A DNA stretch of 64,000 bases from Nitrospinales bacterium (lineage in GTDB: Bacteria; Nitrospinota; Nitrospinia; Nitrospinales; VA-1). A program made the translations under genes and the position numbers. The stretch spans positions 992,001 through 1,056,000 of the forward strand of contig CBDCXL010000002.1 of the NCBI GenBank assembly GCA_965223795.1. Reading direction: 5' to 3'. Position 1 is the stretch's first letter; every line of letters begins with the position of its first letter. Under the pieces are notes generated by a model. It was not told where the DNA came from. It made no database searches and saw only the letters and a program-made list of their open reading frames with translations. Shown one piece after another: positions 33,320 to 43,578 of the stretch.

Positions 33320-33841
33320 TCAATTCAAATAGAGAGCGGTGATGTCATATGCACAAGTATTGAGGCCTTCGGCAACAGTGCTATCAATTGAAATTGTCGC
33401 CCCGTGGTTAATAGGGTCAACAGAACTTGACTGAGTGTGAGGGGTGCCACCTGAAAATACGAAATCAGACAATGAAAGCCCTGCATCACATGAAGTTTCG
33501 AGCCCTGAAAGGGTGACCTGTTCTCCTGCGGTGGCAGCCAGATCAAAGGACCCAACGGAACCCGTAGAGCTAGAGGATGCTTCACCGTCCCCTGTACTTG
33601 TAAGGTCATCCTTTTTGATTTCTCCTGTTAATAGCAAGTCATACACATCCTCTCCGGTGCTTGGCGCCTCTATAGTTCCAAAATTCATCCCAACGCCATT
33701 GGTTAGCTCGATGTTAGAAAGAATATTGACTGTCGCAGTCAATCCAATCGTTTCTGCATTCGCTGACAAGGGAACCATTGTCATGATTCCCACGATAAGG
33801 AGTACTTGCAATCGAACCTTCACCCAGTTTTTGACGTTCAT
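33320..33841 (-). CDS. Putative major pilin (DUF4402-like)
   Basis: Signal peptide, MNFGTI motif, penultimate aromatic (ITALYLN), RBS GAGGAG. Confidence 0.7.
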   Translation of the reverse strand: MNVKNWVKVRLQVLLIVGIMTMVPLSANAETIGLTATVNILSNIELTNGVGMNFGTIEAPSTGEDVYDLLLTGEIKKDDLTSTGDGEASSSSTGSVGSFDLAATAGEQVTLSGLETSCDAGLSLSDFVFSGGTPHTQSSSVDPINHGATISIDSTVAEGLNTCAYDITALYLN

Positions 33842-33965
33842 ATTTTTCGATCTCCTCAAATAAATTGGAACGTGATTAATTTTTGAGGACCCCTACACAG
33901 GCTCCCCAACCCATTGCGCGCGATCACGGCTGCGGGACTGAAATTCTAATTCTCAGTTTCATCCT

Positions 33966-34553
33966 CTAATGCGCGTACTCCACAAACACGGTGGACTGGC
34001 CCTGATGTTTGCCCGACACGCGGCCGGTGCGGATGCCGAGCGTGCCGCCGATGCGGATCGACGCCTTGCCGTCGACTCCGAGCCTGCCGCGAAGCTGGTC
34101 GCCGCGGAATTCGGACGGCCCTTCGGCCACGATGCCGTGGATGTCCCGGACCCTCAGCCCGTCTTTGGATTGTGAAAGCCGGATCTGGGTGGGCAGGGTG
34201 ACGACGATGCGTTTTCGCGGTTCCCCTTCCACTTCGTATTCCGCCGGTCCGAAGGACCCGCCCAGGTTGAGCCCGTTGATCACGGTTTTTTCTCCAGTGG
34301 CCGGGTCGATGATCACATCAATGCCTCCGGGCGCGGTGGGGGTGACTTTCCCGAATTTCAGTGAATGCAGCGCCCGGATCGTCAGTGCTTTGAGGCCGGC
34401 GCAGGAGGTGGATGCGGTGTGACACCTTTTAGAAGAATTCTTGAGAGCGGGATCGGAACCGGGAAAGCCTTCTGAGATAAGGACACCATTGAGAAAAAAC
34501 AGCGCCATCAGACAGACGCGAAAGCCTTTTTCTGTAATGGGATTCCGGATCAT
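33966..34553 (-). CDS. DUF4402-like pilin/adhesin
   Basis: LKFGKV, AEYEVEGEP, IRIGGTL, G...G...VFVEY. Confidence 0.75.
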   Translation of the reverse strand: MIRNPITEKGFRVCLMALFFLNGVLISEGFPGSDPALKNSSKRCHTASTSCAGLKALTIRALHSLKFGKVTPTAPGGIDVIIDPATGEKTVINGLNLGGSFGPAEYEVEGEPRKRIVVTLPTQIRLSQSKDGLRVRDIHGIVAEGPSEFRGDQLRGRLGVDGKASIRIGGTLGIRTGRVSGKHQGQSTVFVEYAH

Positions 34554-35232
34554 GATCCTGGGAAAACGATTTCATCTGAAGCGTTCAACGACACCTTGAA
34601 CGTGCCGCCCTCAATATCCCTATTCGGAATCAATTCCGAATACTTGAAAATAATTCGTTAAATCATCACTTAAATTGATGGAGATGCCCAAATTCCCTCT
34701 GGAAACACGGATTTCACCGGAGGACGCCGCCCGGTGCAACCGGTGAACCTTTCCGCTTTGCCGCCATTATCAACGGGAACGGTTCCGTTGCTGCGGTCTG
34801 GAAAGGCGGAATCGCTACCTTAAACACAGCGGGTTTTCCCGACATCGTCTCCGCCTCGGCGATCTTTCCAGAGCATCGCGACGTGACTGCCTGCCGGATT
34901 TGCCGGAACTTACCTTTTCACGCTGTCCCGGCCAAACCACGGCTCCCCGTCCGGCCTTTGATTTTCCGGGGCTATTGGGGCGGGACAGGTTTTTCGCGCC
35001 TCGCTCCAATCCATAAACAAAAGCATTTATTAAACCGTTGCGTCCCCCGCGGCGCGCCGGGGTCTTCACGCATGGACAAATGTTTCCGGAAGGGATATAG
35101 TTTTTAGGTACCTGATACATCTGCCGCAAGTGTGCAGCCCGTGCCGGCTTTTGGTTTCCTCTATGAAGGATTGCGAGTAACGTGATTTCTAGAATCGGGT
35201 CACTTCATCATCTGGGAATACTGCGCCTTTTT

Positions 35233-38200
35233 ATGCGAGTTCTGCGAACCCTTCGAAGAACCGGTGCGCCTTCCATCCGGCGATCCGGCGGCTGGCGCCG
35301 GGGGCCGCTCTGGGTGCCCGTCCTGCTGCTCCTCACCTTTGCCTTGCTGCCGCAGCAGACTCTCTCTTCCACAACCCGGGGCATCGTTTCGATGTCGGTG
35401 AAGGACAAGGCGGGGAAACAGATCACGCTGTACAAGGAAAGCCACGCTCTGATCGTCGGCGTCAGCGGCTACAACAAGGGCTGGCCGGCGCTGCCGGGCG
35501 TGAAACAGGACGTGCAGGCAGTGCGCGAAATCCTGGTCAAACTGGGTTTCCACGTCGTGGTGGTCATGGATCCGGATCAACGGGAACTGGAGGCGGCGTA
35601 CAAGGATTTTGTCCTCAAATACGGACTGGATCAGGAAAACCGCCTGCTGTTTTATTACGCCGGGCACGGGCACACGCACAAGCCGGAATACGCGACCAAC
35701 GACCCTGAGGAGTGGATGGGCTACCTTGTGGCCCGCGACGCGCCGGATCCGAAGCGGGATCTTTCCAATTTCTTCAAGCACGCTCTCAGCATGCGTTCCA
35801 TTGAAGGCGTCGCTCTCACGATCGAATCCAAACACGCTCTGTTCGTGTTCGACAGTTGTTTTTCCGGGACCATCTTCGGGCTGACCCGGGACATCCCGAA
35901 GGACATCCAGGAACGGACGGCGAAGCCGGTGCGCCAGTTCATCACCTCCGGCACCGCCGATCAGGTGGTTCCGGATGTCAGCATTTTCCGCAGGCAGTTC
36001 GTCTCGGCGCTGGAAGGGGAAGCGGACCGCAACCGGGACGGTTACGTGACGGGCACGGAGCTGGGACTGTTCATGGAAGAGACGGTCACCAACTTAAGCC
36101 GCCGCACCCAGACGCCGCGCTATGGAAAAATTCAGAACCGGTTTCTCAACCGGGGGGATTTCGTGTTTCCCATCAAATGGGAATCGGTGGTCAACGAACC
36201 CATCGTGTCCGAAGATATCCAGGAGCCGGATACGGACGATCCCAAGGCGCTGATCCAGTACCTCATCAACCTGTCCAAAAACCCGCGCATCGACCGGGGC
36301 GGCCGCGACAAAAAGATCGAAAAGCATTTCACCAAGCTGAGAAAGCTCGACAACCTGCGCGACACGGACGTGTCGATCAAAACCAAGATCAAACTGTGGA
36401 ATGATTTCATCACTCTCTACCCGCGAAACAACCCGTATCTGGAGGATGCGCGATCGATCCTGGAACAGCTGCAGGCAATGGCCCCGCCTGAGGTGGACAC
36501 CACGCAGCAGAAAATACAGACGGAGTTCGCGCGGCTCATGGCCATGGATCAGGAGGCGGTGCGTCTGGATAAGAAAATCCTGGCGTGGGAAGGGTTCCTC
36601 AAGCAGTTTCCCACCAACAACCCGAAGGAGGAGTTCGCCCGCTTCAAGATTGAAAAGCTGAATAAGGATCTGGATGCGCTGCTCGGGGCCGCGGGGAAAT
36701 CCAAGGGCTCCACGACGGCGCAGGCCCCCGCCGCTCCTTCGGCGGAGCAGGTGAAAATGCAGGAAAAAGAAAAGGCCCTCGCCGATGAGCTGGCGGCGCT
36801 CAAAGAGGAACAGCAGCGCATCGCGCAAAAGAAAGAACAACTGGCCAAGAAGCTGGAGGCGCAGCGCAAGGAACAGGCACGGCTGGCGGAAGAGCGCCGG
36901 CTGGCGGCGGAACGGGAAGCCAAGCGCATCGCCGAGGAAAAACGCCTGGCGGCGGAGCGGGAAGCGCGGTTGAAGGAAGAAAAACGGCTGGCGGAAGAAC
37001 GGCGGCTGGCGGCGGAACGGGAAGCCAAGCGCAAGGCCGAGGAAAAACGGCTGGCGGAACAGAAGCGCCTGGCGGAAGAAGCGGAACGCAAACGCCGGGA
37101 GGAAGAAAAGCGTCTTGCGGAAGAACGGCGGCTGGCCCAGGAGCTGGTGGCGAAAATCGAGGAGGAAAAACGACTGGCTGAAGAGCAGCGTCTGGCCGAG
37201 GAACAGGAAGCCAAACGCAAGGCCGAGGAAAAACGGCTGGCCGAGGAAAAACGGCTGGCCGCAGAAGCGGAAGCGAAACGGAAAGCGGAAGAATTTCGTC
37301 TGGCTGAGGAAAAACGTCTGGCCGCGGAAGCCGAGGCCAAACGCAGGGCCGAAGAAAAGCGTCTGGCAGCGAAGAAGCGGATGGAGGAAGCACAGGCGGC
37401 GCGTATGCTGGAAGAGAAACGCCGCGAGGAAGCCAAACAGCTGGCACAGAAGCAGCAAGCCGAAAAAATGGGGGCGGAAATCCTGAAAGCGGAGAAGCAG
37501 CTTTCGATGGAGCTTGCGGAACAGAAGAAGGAGCAGGATCGCATCGACGAGGAAAAACGCAAGCTGGCGGAAGAGCTGGACGCCATCCAGAAAGAGCAGC
37601 AGATGCTTGCGGAGGAAAACCGTCGGCTGGAGCTGGAGCAGCACGCGCAGATCCTCGAAGAAGCGCGCCTGGCCGAGGAACGGCGGCTGCTGGAATTCCA
37701 GGACACGCTGCCTCCCCCGGACATCGAACCGGAACCCATGGAACTGGCCCGCTTTGAACCGCAAACAAGCCAGCCCGAGCCGCCGAAACTCGGGGACATG
37801 GTTCTCGTGCCCTCCGGACAGTTCGTCATGAGCGGGGGAGATAAAAAGAAAAGCCAATATATCGGGGAATTTTACATCGACGCCAAAGAAGTCACGCAAG
37901 AGGAGTTCCGCCGCGTGATGGGAACCAACCCGTCGCTTTTCAAGGGGGATTCGCTTCCCGTCGAGCAGGTGACCTGGGAGGAAGCCAACCGCTACTGCAC
38001 TCAGATCGGCAAGCGCCTGCCCACCAGCGCGGAATGGGAAAAAGCAGCGCGCTCGGGCACCAACAGCAAGTTTATCTGGGGCGACCGTTTCCAGAAAAAC
38101 AAAGCCAACTGCACCGGCTGCGGCAGCGAGTGGGACGGCAGAAAAACCGCGCCGGTGGGAAGTTTCGAGCCCAACCGCTGGGGCCTGTACGACATGGCGG

Positions 38201-39207
38201 GCAACGTGTGGGAATGGGTGCAGGATTCGCACGAAGAAATCTTCAAAGTGCTGCGCGGCGGTTCGTGGATGGACGACACGAGCTTCATCCATGCGGGCGG
38301 GTTTTATTTCGTGCCGCCGGAGAACCGCAGCAGCGACATCGGCTTCCGCTGCGCGGTGTCCAAGGAAAACAAACGCCTGGCCGAACAGCACATGCATCCG
38401 GGGCAAAGCGGTTCGGGCGTGCGCACCGCCGGCCTGCCGCGGCAGAGTGTGGGCCGGGACTGGGAAATCCCGTTGCCTGAAGCAACGCCGCCCTCACAGG
38501 ACCTCAAAACCTCGGCGCTGGATTCCGGTGCTTCCCGCAAAAACCTGGGTGTGTCCGCCGATTCGCTGGAAGGGATGGTGCGGGTCGCCGCGGGAAAATT
38601 CAAGATGGGATCCGCAAGCGGCGATGCGGATGAAAAGCCGGTGCACACGGTTTTTCTCGACACGTTTCTGATCGACAAAACCGAGGTGACCCAACGGGAT
38701 TTCGAAGCCGTGATGGGATTCAACCCGTCGGAGTTCAAACGCAAGGACGGCCCGGTGGACAACGTCACCTGGAAAGAAGCGGCCGACTACTGCGCAAAAG
38801 TGGGTAAACGGCTGCCCACCGAAGCGGAATGGGAAAAGGCCGCGCGCGCGGGCACGAACAGCAAGTATTTCTGGGGCAACCAGGCCGATGCGGAATTCGG
38901 CTGGTGGGGCTCGGACGACGCGTCCTGGTATGGACCGCACCCTGTGGGGAAAAAGCAGCCCAATCCGCTGGGCATTCACGACATGGCGGGCAACGTGTGG
39001 GAATGGGTGCAGGACTGGTTCGGTGAAGGCTATTACGGCGGCAGTCCGGAAAGCAATCCCAAAGGCCCCGCGACGGGAACGGAAAAAGTGCTGCGGGGCG
39101 GCGGCTGGGATGAATCGCCGACCTTCGTGCGTATGGCCAACCGCGCCCACAGCGCGCCTTCGGAGCGTTACAACGTCAACGGGTTCCGCTGCGCCAAAAC
39201 TCCCTGA
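35233..39207 (+). CDS. Secreted caspase-like (peptidase C14) / coiled-coil / 2x FGE-sulfatase protein
   Basis: Hydrophobic leader; YYAGHG and FDSCFSG dyad; EEKRLA repeats; two RLPT..EWEKAAR...GFRC domains. Start uncertain. Confidence 0.88.
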   Translation: MRVLRTLRRTGAPSIRRSGGWRRGPLWVPVLLLLTFALLPQQTLSSTTRGIVSMSVKDKAGKQITLYKESHALIVGVSGYNKGWPALPGVKQDVQAVREILVKLGFHVVVVMDPDQRELEAAYKDFVLKYGLDQENRLLFYYAGHGHTHKPEYATNDPEEWMGYLVARDAPDPKRDLSNFFKHALSMRSIEGVALTIESKHALFVFDSCFSGTIFGLTRDIPKDIQERTAKPVRQFITSGTADQVVPDVSIFRRQFVSALEGEADRNRDGYVTGTELGLFMEETVTNLSRRTQTPRYGKIQNRFLNRGDFVFPIKWESVVNEPIVSEDIQEPDTDDPKALIQYLINLSKNPRIDRGGRDKKIEKHFTKLRKLDNLRDTDVSIKTKIKLWNDFITLYPRNNPYLEDARSILEQLQAMAPPEVDTTQQKIQTEFARLMAMDQEAVRLDKKILAWEGFLKQFPTNNPKEEFARFKIEKLNKDLDALLGAAGKSKGSTTAQAPAAPSAEQVKMQEKEKALADELAALKEEQQRIAQKKEQLAKKLEAQRKEQARLAEERRLAAEREAKRIAEEKRLAAEREARLKEEKRLAEERRLAAEREAKRKAEEKRLAEQKRLAEEAERKRREEEKRLAEERRLAQELVAKIEEEKRLAEEQRLAEEQEAKRKAEEKRLAEEKRLAAEAEAKRKAEEFRLAEEKRLAAEAEAKRRAEEKRLAAKKRMEEAQAARMLEEKRREEAKQLAQKQQAEKMGAEILKAEKQLSMELAEQKKEQDRIDEEKRKLAEELDAIQKEQQMLAEENRRLELEQHAQILEEARLAEERRLLEFQDTLPPPDIEPEPMELARFEPQTSQPEPPKLGDMVLVPSGQFVMSGGDKKKSQYIGEFYIDAKEVTQEEFRRVMGTNPSLFKGDSLPVEQVTWEEANRYCTQIGKRLPTSAEWEKAARSGTNSKFIWGDRFQKNKANCTGCGSEWDGRKTAPVGSFEPNRWGLYDMAGNVWEWVQDSHEEIFKVLRGGSWMDDTSFIHAGGFYFVPPENRSSDIGFRCAVSKENKRLAEQHMHPGQSGSGVRTAGLPRQSVGRDWEIPLPEATPPSQDLKTSALDSGASRKNLGVSADSLEGMVRVAAGKFKMGSASGDADEKPVHTVFLDTFLIDKTEVTQRDFEAVMGFNPSEFKRKDGPVDNVTWKEAADYCAKVGKRLPTEAEWEKAARAGTNSKYFWGNQADAEFGWWGSDDASWYGPHPVGKKQPNPLGIHDMAGNVWEWVQDWFGEGYYGGSPESNPKGPATGTEKVLRGGGWDESPTFVRMANRAHSAPSERYNVNGFRCAKTP
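36881..37375 (+). repeat. Coding tandem repeats (AEEKRLAAE / EAKRK)
   Basis: Repeated GAGGAAAAACGGCTGGC-like units encoding a charged helical stalk. Confidence 0.85.
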
Positions 39208-39222
39208 TCCGATACCGCCCGA

Positions 39223-39717
39223 TCAATTCGGCTTGCCGCCTTCCCACCATTTTCCCCAACGCACCGAAGAAATGCTCTGCGAAAATTTGGGGCCTTCGCG
39301 GTAAAACACCTGATACGCTCCGTTGTCCTCGGTGGCATTGAGGCTGTGCCATTTTCTTTTGGGAAATCCTTCCAGCTCGGAAATCCAGACGCGGTTTTTG
39401 TCCTTTTTGCGGATCACCAGAAAACCCGTGTCGCGGCCGTAATCGAAATCGGCGAACAGCGTCACGGTGGCGCCGGGAGGCCCGTCGAGAATGATGGAAT
39501 AGACTCCCGTGCAGAAATAATAGTTGAAACTCCTCAGATCGTTCAGATCCTTGCCGGAAGCGAGCTTCAGCCTGCCCTCGCAGCTGTCCATGATGGTGCC
39601 GAAACCGCCGAGATCGGGACCTTTGACCAGTGTCAGCTCTGCGGATTCATTGCCCGAAAGCGGTGCAGACAGCCAGAGAACGGTGAGCAGCAGCGATCCG
39701 GCAAGAAGGGGTTTCAT
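39223..39717 (-). CDS. Secreted hypothetical protein
   Basis: MKPLLAGSLLLTVLWL signal peptide; RBS GAGGA. Confidence 0.65.
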   Translation of the reverse strand: MKPLLAGSLLLTVLWLSAPLSGNESAELTLVKGPDLGGFGTIMDSCEGRLKLASGKDLNDLRSFNYYFCTGVYSIILDGPPGATVTLFADFDYGRDTGFLVIRKKDKNRVWISELEGFPKRKWHSLNATEDNGAYQVFYREGPKFSQSISSVRWGKWWEGGKPN

Positions 39718-39896
39718 GTCTGTCGTCCTCGATGGAGTGGGCCATTCCCAGGGATTCCGGCTCGATCTCCCGGGCACTCAAGTATCTCGCATCGTTTTTA
39801 GTAAATCAACCCGCGAACGCGCGAACAGGAGGGTTCGCCCCGGTGCGTGAGCGGCGCTTTTTCCGGCTTACGGAAGCGGCCGTCCGGAGCGCAGGC

Positions 39897-39936
39897 AAAA
39901 AAAATTCCACCCCCGTAAAACGGGGATGGAATTTTT
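39897..39936 (-). terminator. Terminator downstream of DUF4399-like gene
   Basis: A8-TTCCACCCCCG/CGGGGATGGAA-T5 imperfect hairpin. Confidence 0.75.
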
Positions 39937-39954
39937 CCGCGGAGAACCGCGTTG

Positions 39955-40362
39955 TTATCTCACGACAAAGCTGATCGCGTTGGTGACCGGCGGGTCGTAG
40001 GGAACATGGTCGCCGGTGGCGAACAGGGTCTGGATGGTGTGAAAACCGGGCTCCAGGTTCAGCGTCTTGCAGCTCGATCCATCGCCCATATGGACATGGT
40101 TCTGGTCTTTCGGGATCGGCTTGCTCAGATCCTTGGGAACCGGGACGTCGATCAGAAGATGATGGTGGCCGGCCCCCTTGCGGACGCCTTTGCTGGCCGG
40201 TTCCACCGCATAGCCTTTCACGTCCATGCAGATTTCCACCGGCGCGCTCACCGTTGAATTGGCGACGGGCTTGGTGAAAGTGATTCCCGGAGCGCAGCCC
40301 CACTGGAATCCCAGAAAGACAAGGCCTGCCGCGGCCATCCAATACCGTGCTGTGCGTTTCAT
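39955..40362 (-). CDS. DUF4399-like lipoprotein
   Basis: WGC lipobox-like; GHHHLLID, IPKD.NHVHMGDG, L.PG.HT. Confidence 0.85.
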   Translation of the reverse strand: MKRTARYWMAAAGLVFLGFQWGCAPGITFTKPVANSTVSAPVEICMDVKGYAVEPASKGVRKGAGHHHLLIDVPVPKDLSKPIPKDQNHVHMGDGSSCKTLNLEPGFHTIQTLFATGDHVPYDPPVTNAISFVVR

Positions 40363-40725
40363 GCTGCCCCCTTTTTAGCTAGAAATGGTTTGAAAAAAAT
40401 TCCGGCCCGCTCCGAACCCGGATCCATCCTGGGCCTGATCGTATGGTCTGCGTCCTGCCGCCGCTTCCCCTGATTTGAGGGGTGCGGCCGCGTCTTTCGT
40501 TCTCCCGGTCAAGACGCAACTGCGCCGGGCCCGGCAGTCCTCCGTCCTGATTCCGATCGGTTGTACTGGGCGATGCGCCTCCCGCAGAGGCGGAGTTGCA
40601 ATCCGTTTGCATTGCACGCGATTTCCGGATTATACCCCAAACCCGCGGCCCGGCTTCAAATATTTTTTGCGGCGGCATCCGCGCGCACTCCCGTTCGGGC
40701 CAAACTTCGACGGCGCGCCGGAGGC

Positions 40726-43458
40726 TCAGAAACTTTTTCGCACCAGCTCTTTGATCGCGGGATGGTACTGGGCGGGAATGTTTTTGGACCGCTTGATGAC
40801 CGCTTCGATGGCTTCCCCTTCGCTTTCAAAATTCTTGATCGTGCGGATCAGGTTTTCATGGTATTCGACGATTTTCTGATACACCAGGTCCTGGTGCGGC
40901 AGACCGTCGGATATGGTTTCGGCCACTTTGTTGCGGTCGAGATCGTTTTTCACCAGCAGATCGAAGCAGATGCCCTTGAACCTTGAGGATATGGTGTTGC
41001 GGCTCATGTTGAGCTGGGCGGCGGTCTCATTGATTTCAAACCCTTTTTCCCTGAGAACGTTGAGCAGCGTTTCGTCCTCGACGCCGCCTTTGGATTTTCC
41101 GGTACGGGGCCGCGCGCCCGCCTCCTGGGCAACCGGAGCCTGAGCCAGTTTGTCGAGGCCGAGATCCTTTTCCTGAATGATCGTTTTCGTGGCCAGCGTG
41201 ATGCCGCGCTGGATGACGTTTTCCAGTTCGCGGATGTTGCCGCGCCACTCGCAGTCGATCAGCTTTTTCATCGCCTGATCGGACACACCTTCCAGATCCT
41301 TGCCGTATTCCCGCGCGTATTTTTCGACGAAATGCTGCACCAGATAGGGAATGTCCTCCTTGCGATCCCGAAGCGGCGGCAGGGTCACGGTGAGCGCGTT
41401 GAGCCGGTAGTACAAATCCTCGCGGAACTCGCCTTTTTTGATCTGGTTTTCCAGGTTTTTGTGGGTGGCGGCGATGACGCGGGTGTCGATCTTGAACGCC
41501 TCGCCGCCGATGGGCTGGACTTCCTTCTGCTGCAGCACGCGCAGAAGCTTTACCTGGGCATCGAGCTGGGTGTCGCCGATTTCATCGAGAAAGATGGTGC
41601 CGCGGTCGGCGACGGAGAACTTGCCCTTTTTCGAACTGCTCGCGCCGGTGAAGGCGCCTTTGGTGTGGCCGAACAACTCGCTTTCCACCAGGTCGCGCGG
41701 AATCGCTCCCATATTGACGGCGATGAAGTTCTCGTGCTGGCGCGGGCTCATCAGGTGCAGCGCCCGGGCGAACAGCTCCTTGCCGGTGCCCGATTCTCCC
41801 AGGATCAGCACCGGCGAGGGAACCGACGCGTACTGCTTTAAAATGCGGAAGGTCTCCAGGCATTTTTTGTTCTGCGTCACGATGCCGTTGGCCATGCACT
41901 CCTCGCGCAGGGTTTCGTAATCCTCGCCCAGGGCGCTCTCGTCCTCGGAAACGTTGACCTTGAGATCGGAAAACTTGGCGGAGAGGTTGGCGTGTTCTTC
42001 CTGCAGCCGGTTTTTTTCCTTGAGCACCGATTCGAGCTTGGTCTTGAGCTCCTCGATGTCGTGCGAGCGCATCGCCTCCTGCTTTTTCTCCTCCACCATC
42101 CCTTCCTGCAGCTCGTCGAGCTGGCTCTGGGTATGGAACAATTCCTTTTCCTTGACCGCCAGATCCCGCGATATGGAAGCCATGCGCGATTCGACTTCGT
42201 GCTTCTGCCTGAGCAGGGAGTCGGTGATCTTCTTTTCTTCCGTGGACTGGTAGACGGAAACGATCAGGCTGGTGAGCAGGATCGCCAGGATCGGCGGAAA
42301 CAGTTCGAGGATGACGCCGAAGGAAAACAGCATCACGCCGACCAGGAAATAACCGGCGGCGAGCAGAAACACCAGCACCATCTTTTCGACGTAGCGCCTG
42401 GAGTGCAGGATCTGCGAGGTGGCCATGCCCATCAGCAGGATCAGGACGATGTTGAACCAGGGCGCGGTCTCGCGCAGAAAGTTCTGTGTCAGGATGGTGT
42501 TGATGATGTTGGCGTGGATGCCGGGACCGGGATAGTTCTTTTCGACCGGCACCGTTTTGACGTCGCTGCCGGTGATGGTGTTGGCGATGAAGATGATCTT
42601 GCCCGCCAGGTCCTCGACCTTGCCGGAGCCGGGCCCGGCGCCGCTGTCCTCGGTATCGGTGTTGACCGAGGCGAACGAAGCGTGCTTGAACGTTTCACCC
42701 CACTTGCCGGCGTAGTTGATGATCATCTGGCCTTTGTCGTCGACAGGGATGGCGATGTCCTTCATGCCGGCTTTGCGGGAGGCGCGCACGACGATGGCGG
42801 AGCCTTTGAGTTCCACGTCTTCGGAGGTGAGGCCGAGAAAATTGAGAACCACCTGGAACCCGAGCGCCGGGATCCATTTATCGCGGTGCTGGACGATGAG
42901 GGGAACGCGGCGGACGACTCCGTCGGGATCGCGGTTGGTGGCGATGTGCCCCACGCCGCTTTTGCGCAGCAGGCCGGGAAGGGAAAAGATGACATCCTCT
43001 GTGCGGTAAAAGTCCGCGCTTCCCGGCCGGGGATCCCAGAGATAGGGGGTCAATGCCTGCGCCTGGGTGGACTCACCGGTTTCGGCCAGGCTGACCGCCA
43101 CGGGATAAATGAGGTTTCCGGCCTCTTTGGAGGCCTGGATCAGGGCTTCGTCCTGCCGCTCTTCCTTGGGATGGGCGAACAGCACGTCGTAGGCGATCAC
43201 GGAAGCTTCGGCGCTTTTCAGAAACCGCACCAGGTCCGCATGCACGCTGCGGTCCCAGGGCCACACGCCGTAACGCTTGGCGCTGGCGTCGTCCGCGTCG
43301 ATCATGACGAGATGCGGGTTCGCGTCGGTGCTGCCGCGCAGGATGAACCGGAAGTCCAGAGTCTTGAGCTCCCAGGCCCGGAAGAGGTCCTGAAACACCA
43401 TGCTCAAGAACAGGGTGATCAAGGCCCCGATGACACCCAGTGCCAGTTGTTTCTTCAT
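40726..43458 (-). CDS. CHASE2-domain membrane-anchored sigma54 activator (bEBP)
   Basis: CHASE2 (WPWDR, YDVLF, DPDGVVRRVP, PGPGIHANII), TM helices, coiled coil, GESGTGKELFARA, ESELFGHTKGAFTGA, FLDEIGD, WRGNIRELEN, HTH. Confidence 0.93.
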   Translation of the reverse strand: MKKQLALGVIGALITLFLSMVFQDLFRAWELKTLDFRFILRGSTDANPHLVMIDADDASAKRYGVWPWDRSVHADLVRFLKSAEASVIAYDVLFAHPKEERQDEALIQASKEAGNLIYPVAVSLAETGESTQAQALTPYLWDPRPGSADFYRTEDVIFSLPGLLRKSGVGHIATNRDPDGVVRRVPLIVQHRDKWIPALGFQVVLNFLGLTSEDVELKGSAIVVRASRKAGMKDIAIPVDDKGQMIINYAGKWGETFKHASFASVNTDTEDSGAGPGSGKVEDLAGKIIFIANTITGSDVKTVPVEKNYPGPGIHANIINTILTQNFLRETAPWFNIVLILLMGMATSQILHSRRYVEKMVLVFLLAAGYFLVGVMLFSFGVILELFPPILAILLTSLIVSVYQSTEEKKITDSLLRQKHEVESRMASISRDLAVKEKELFHTQSQLDELQEGMVEEKKQEAMRSHDIEELKTKLESVLKEKNRLQEEHANLSAKFSDLKVNVSEDESALGEDYETLREECMANGIVTQNKKCLETFRILKQYASVPSPVLILGESGTGKELFARALHLMSPRQHENFIAVNMGAIPRDLVESELFGHTKGAFTGASSSKKGKFSVADRGTIFLDEIGDTQLDAQVKLLRVLQQKEVQPIGGEAFKIDTRVIAATHKNLENQIKKGEFREDLYYRLNALTVTLPPLRDRKEDIPYLVQHFVEKYAREYGKDLEGVSDQAMKKLIDCEWRGNIRELENVIQRGITLATKTIIQEKDLGLDKLAQAPVAQEAGARPRTGKSKGGVEDETLLNVLREKGFEINETAAQLNMSRNTISSRFKGICFDLLVKNDLDRNKVAETISDGLPHQDLVYQKIVEYHENLIRTIKNFESEGEAIEAVIKRSKNIPAQYHPAIKELVRKSF

Positions 43459-43578
43459 ATTCGCTTGCTTCTTCCTGTCATGCGGTTTCTCGCACCCTGT
43501 CTCCCTGTTGCCTGCGCCGGCGGCGTGAGCAACGGCGATTCCACGCGTCTTCTGCCGCCCGGCCGTATTAAGCGGCGC

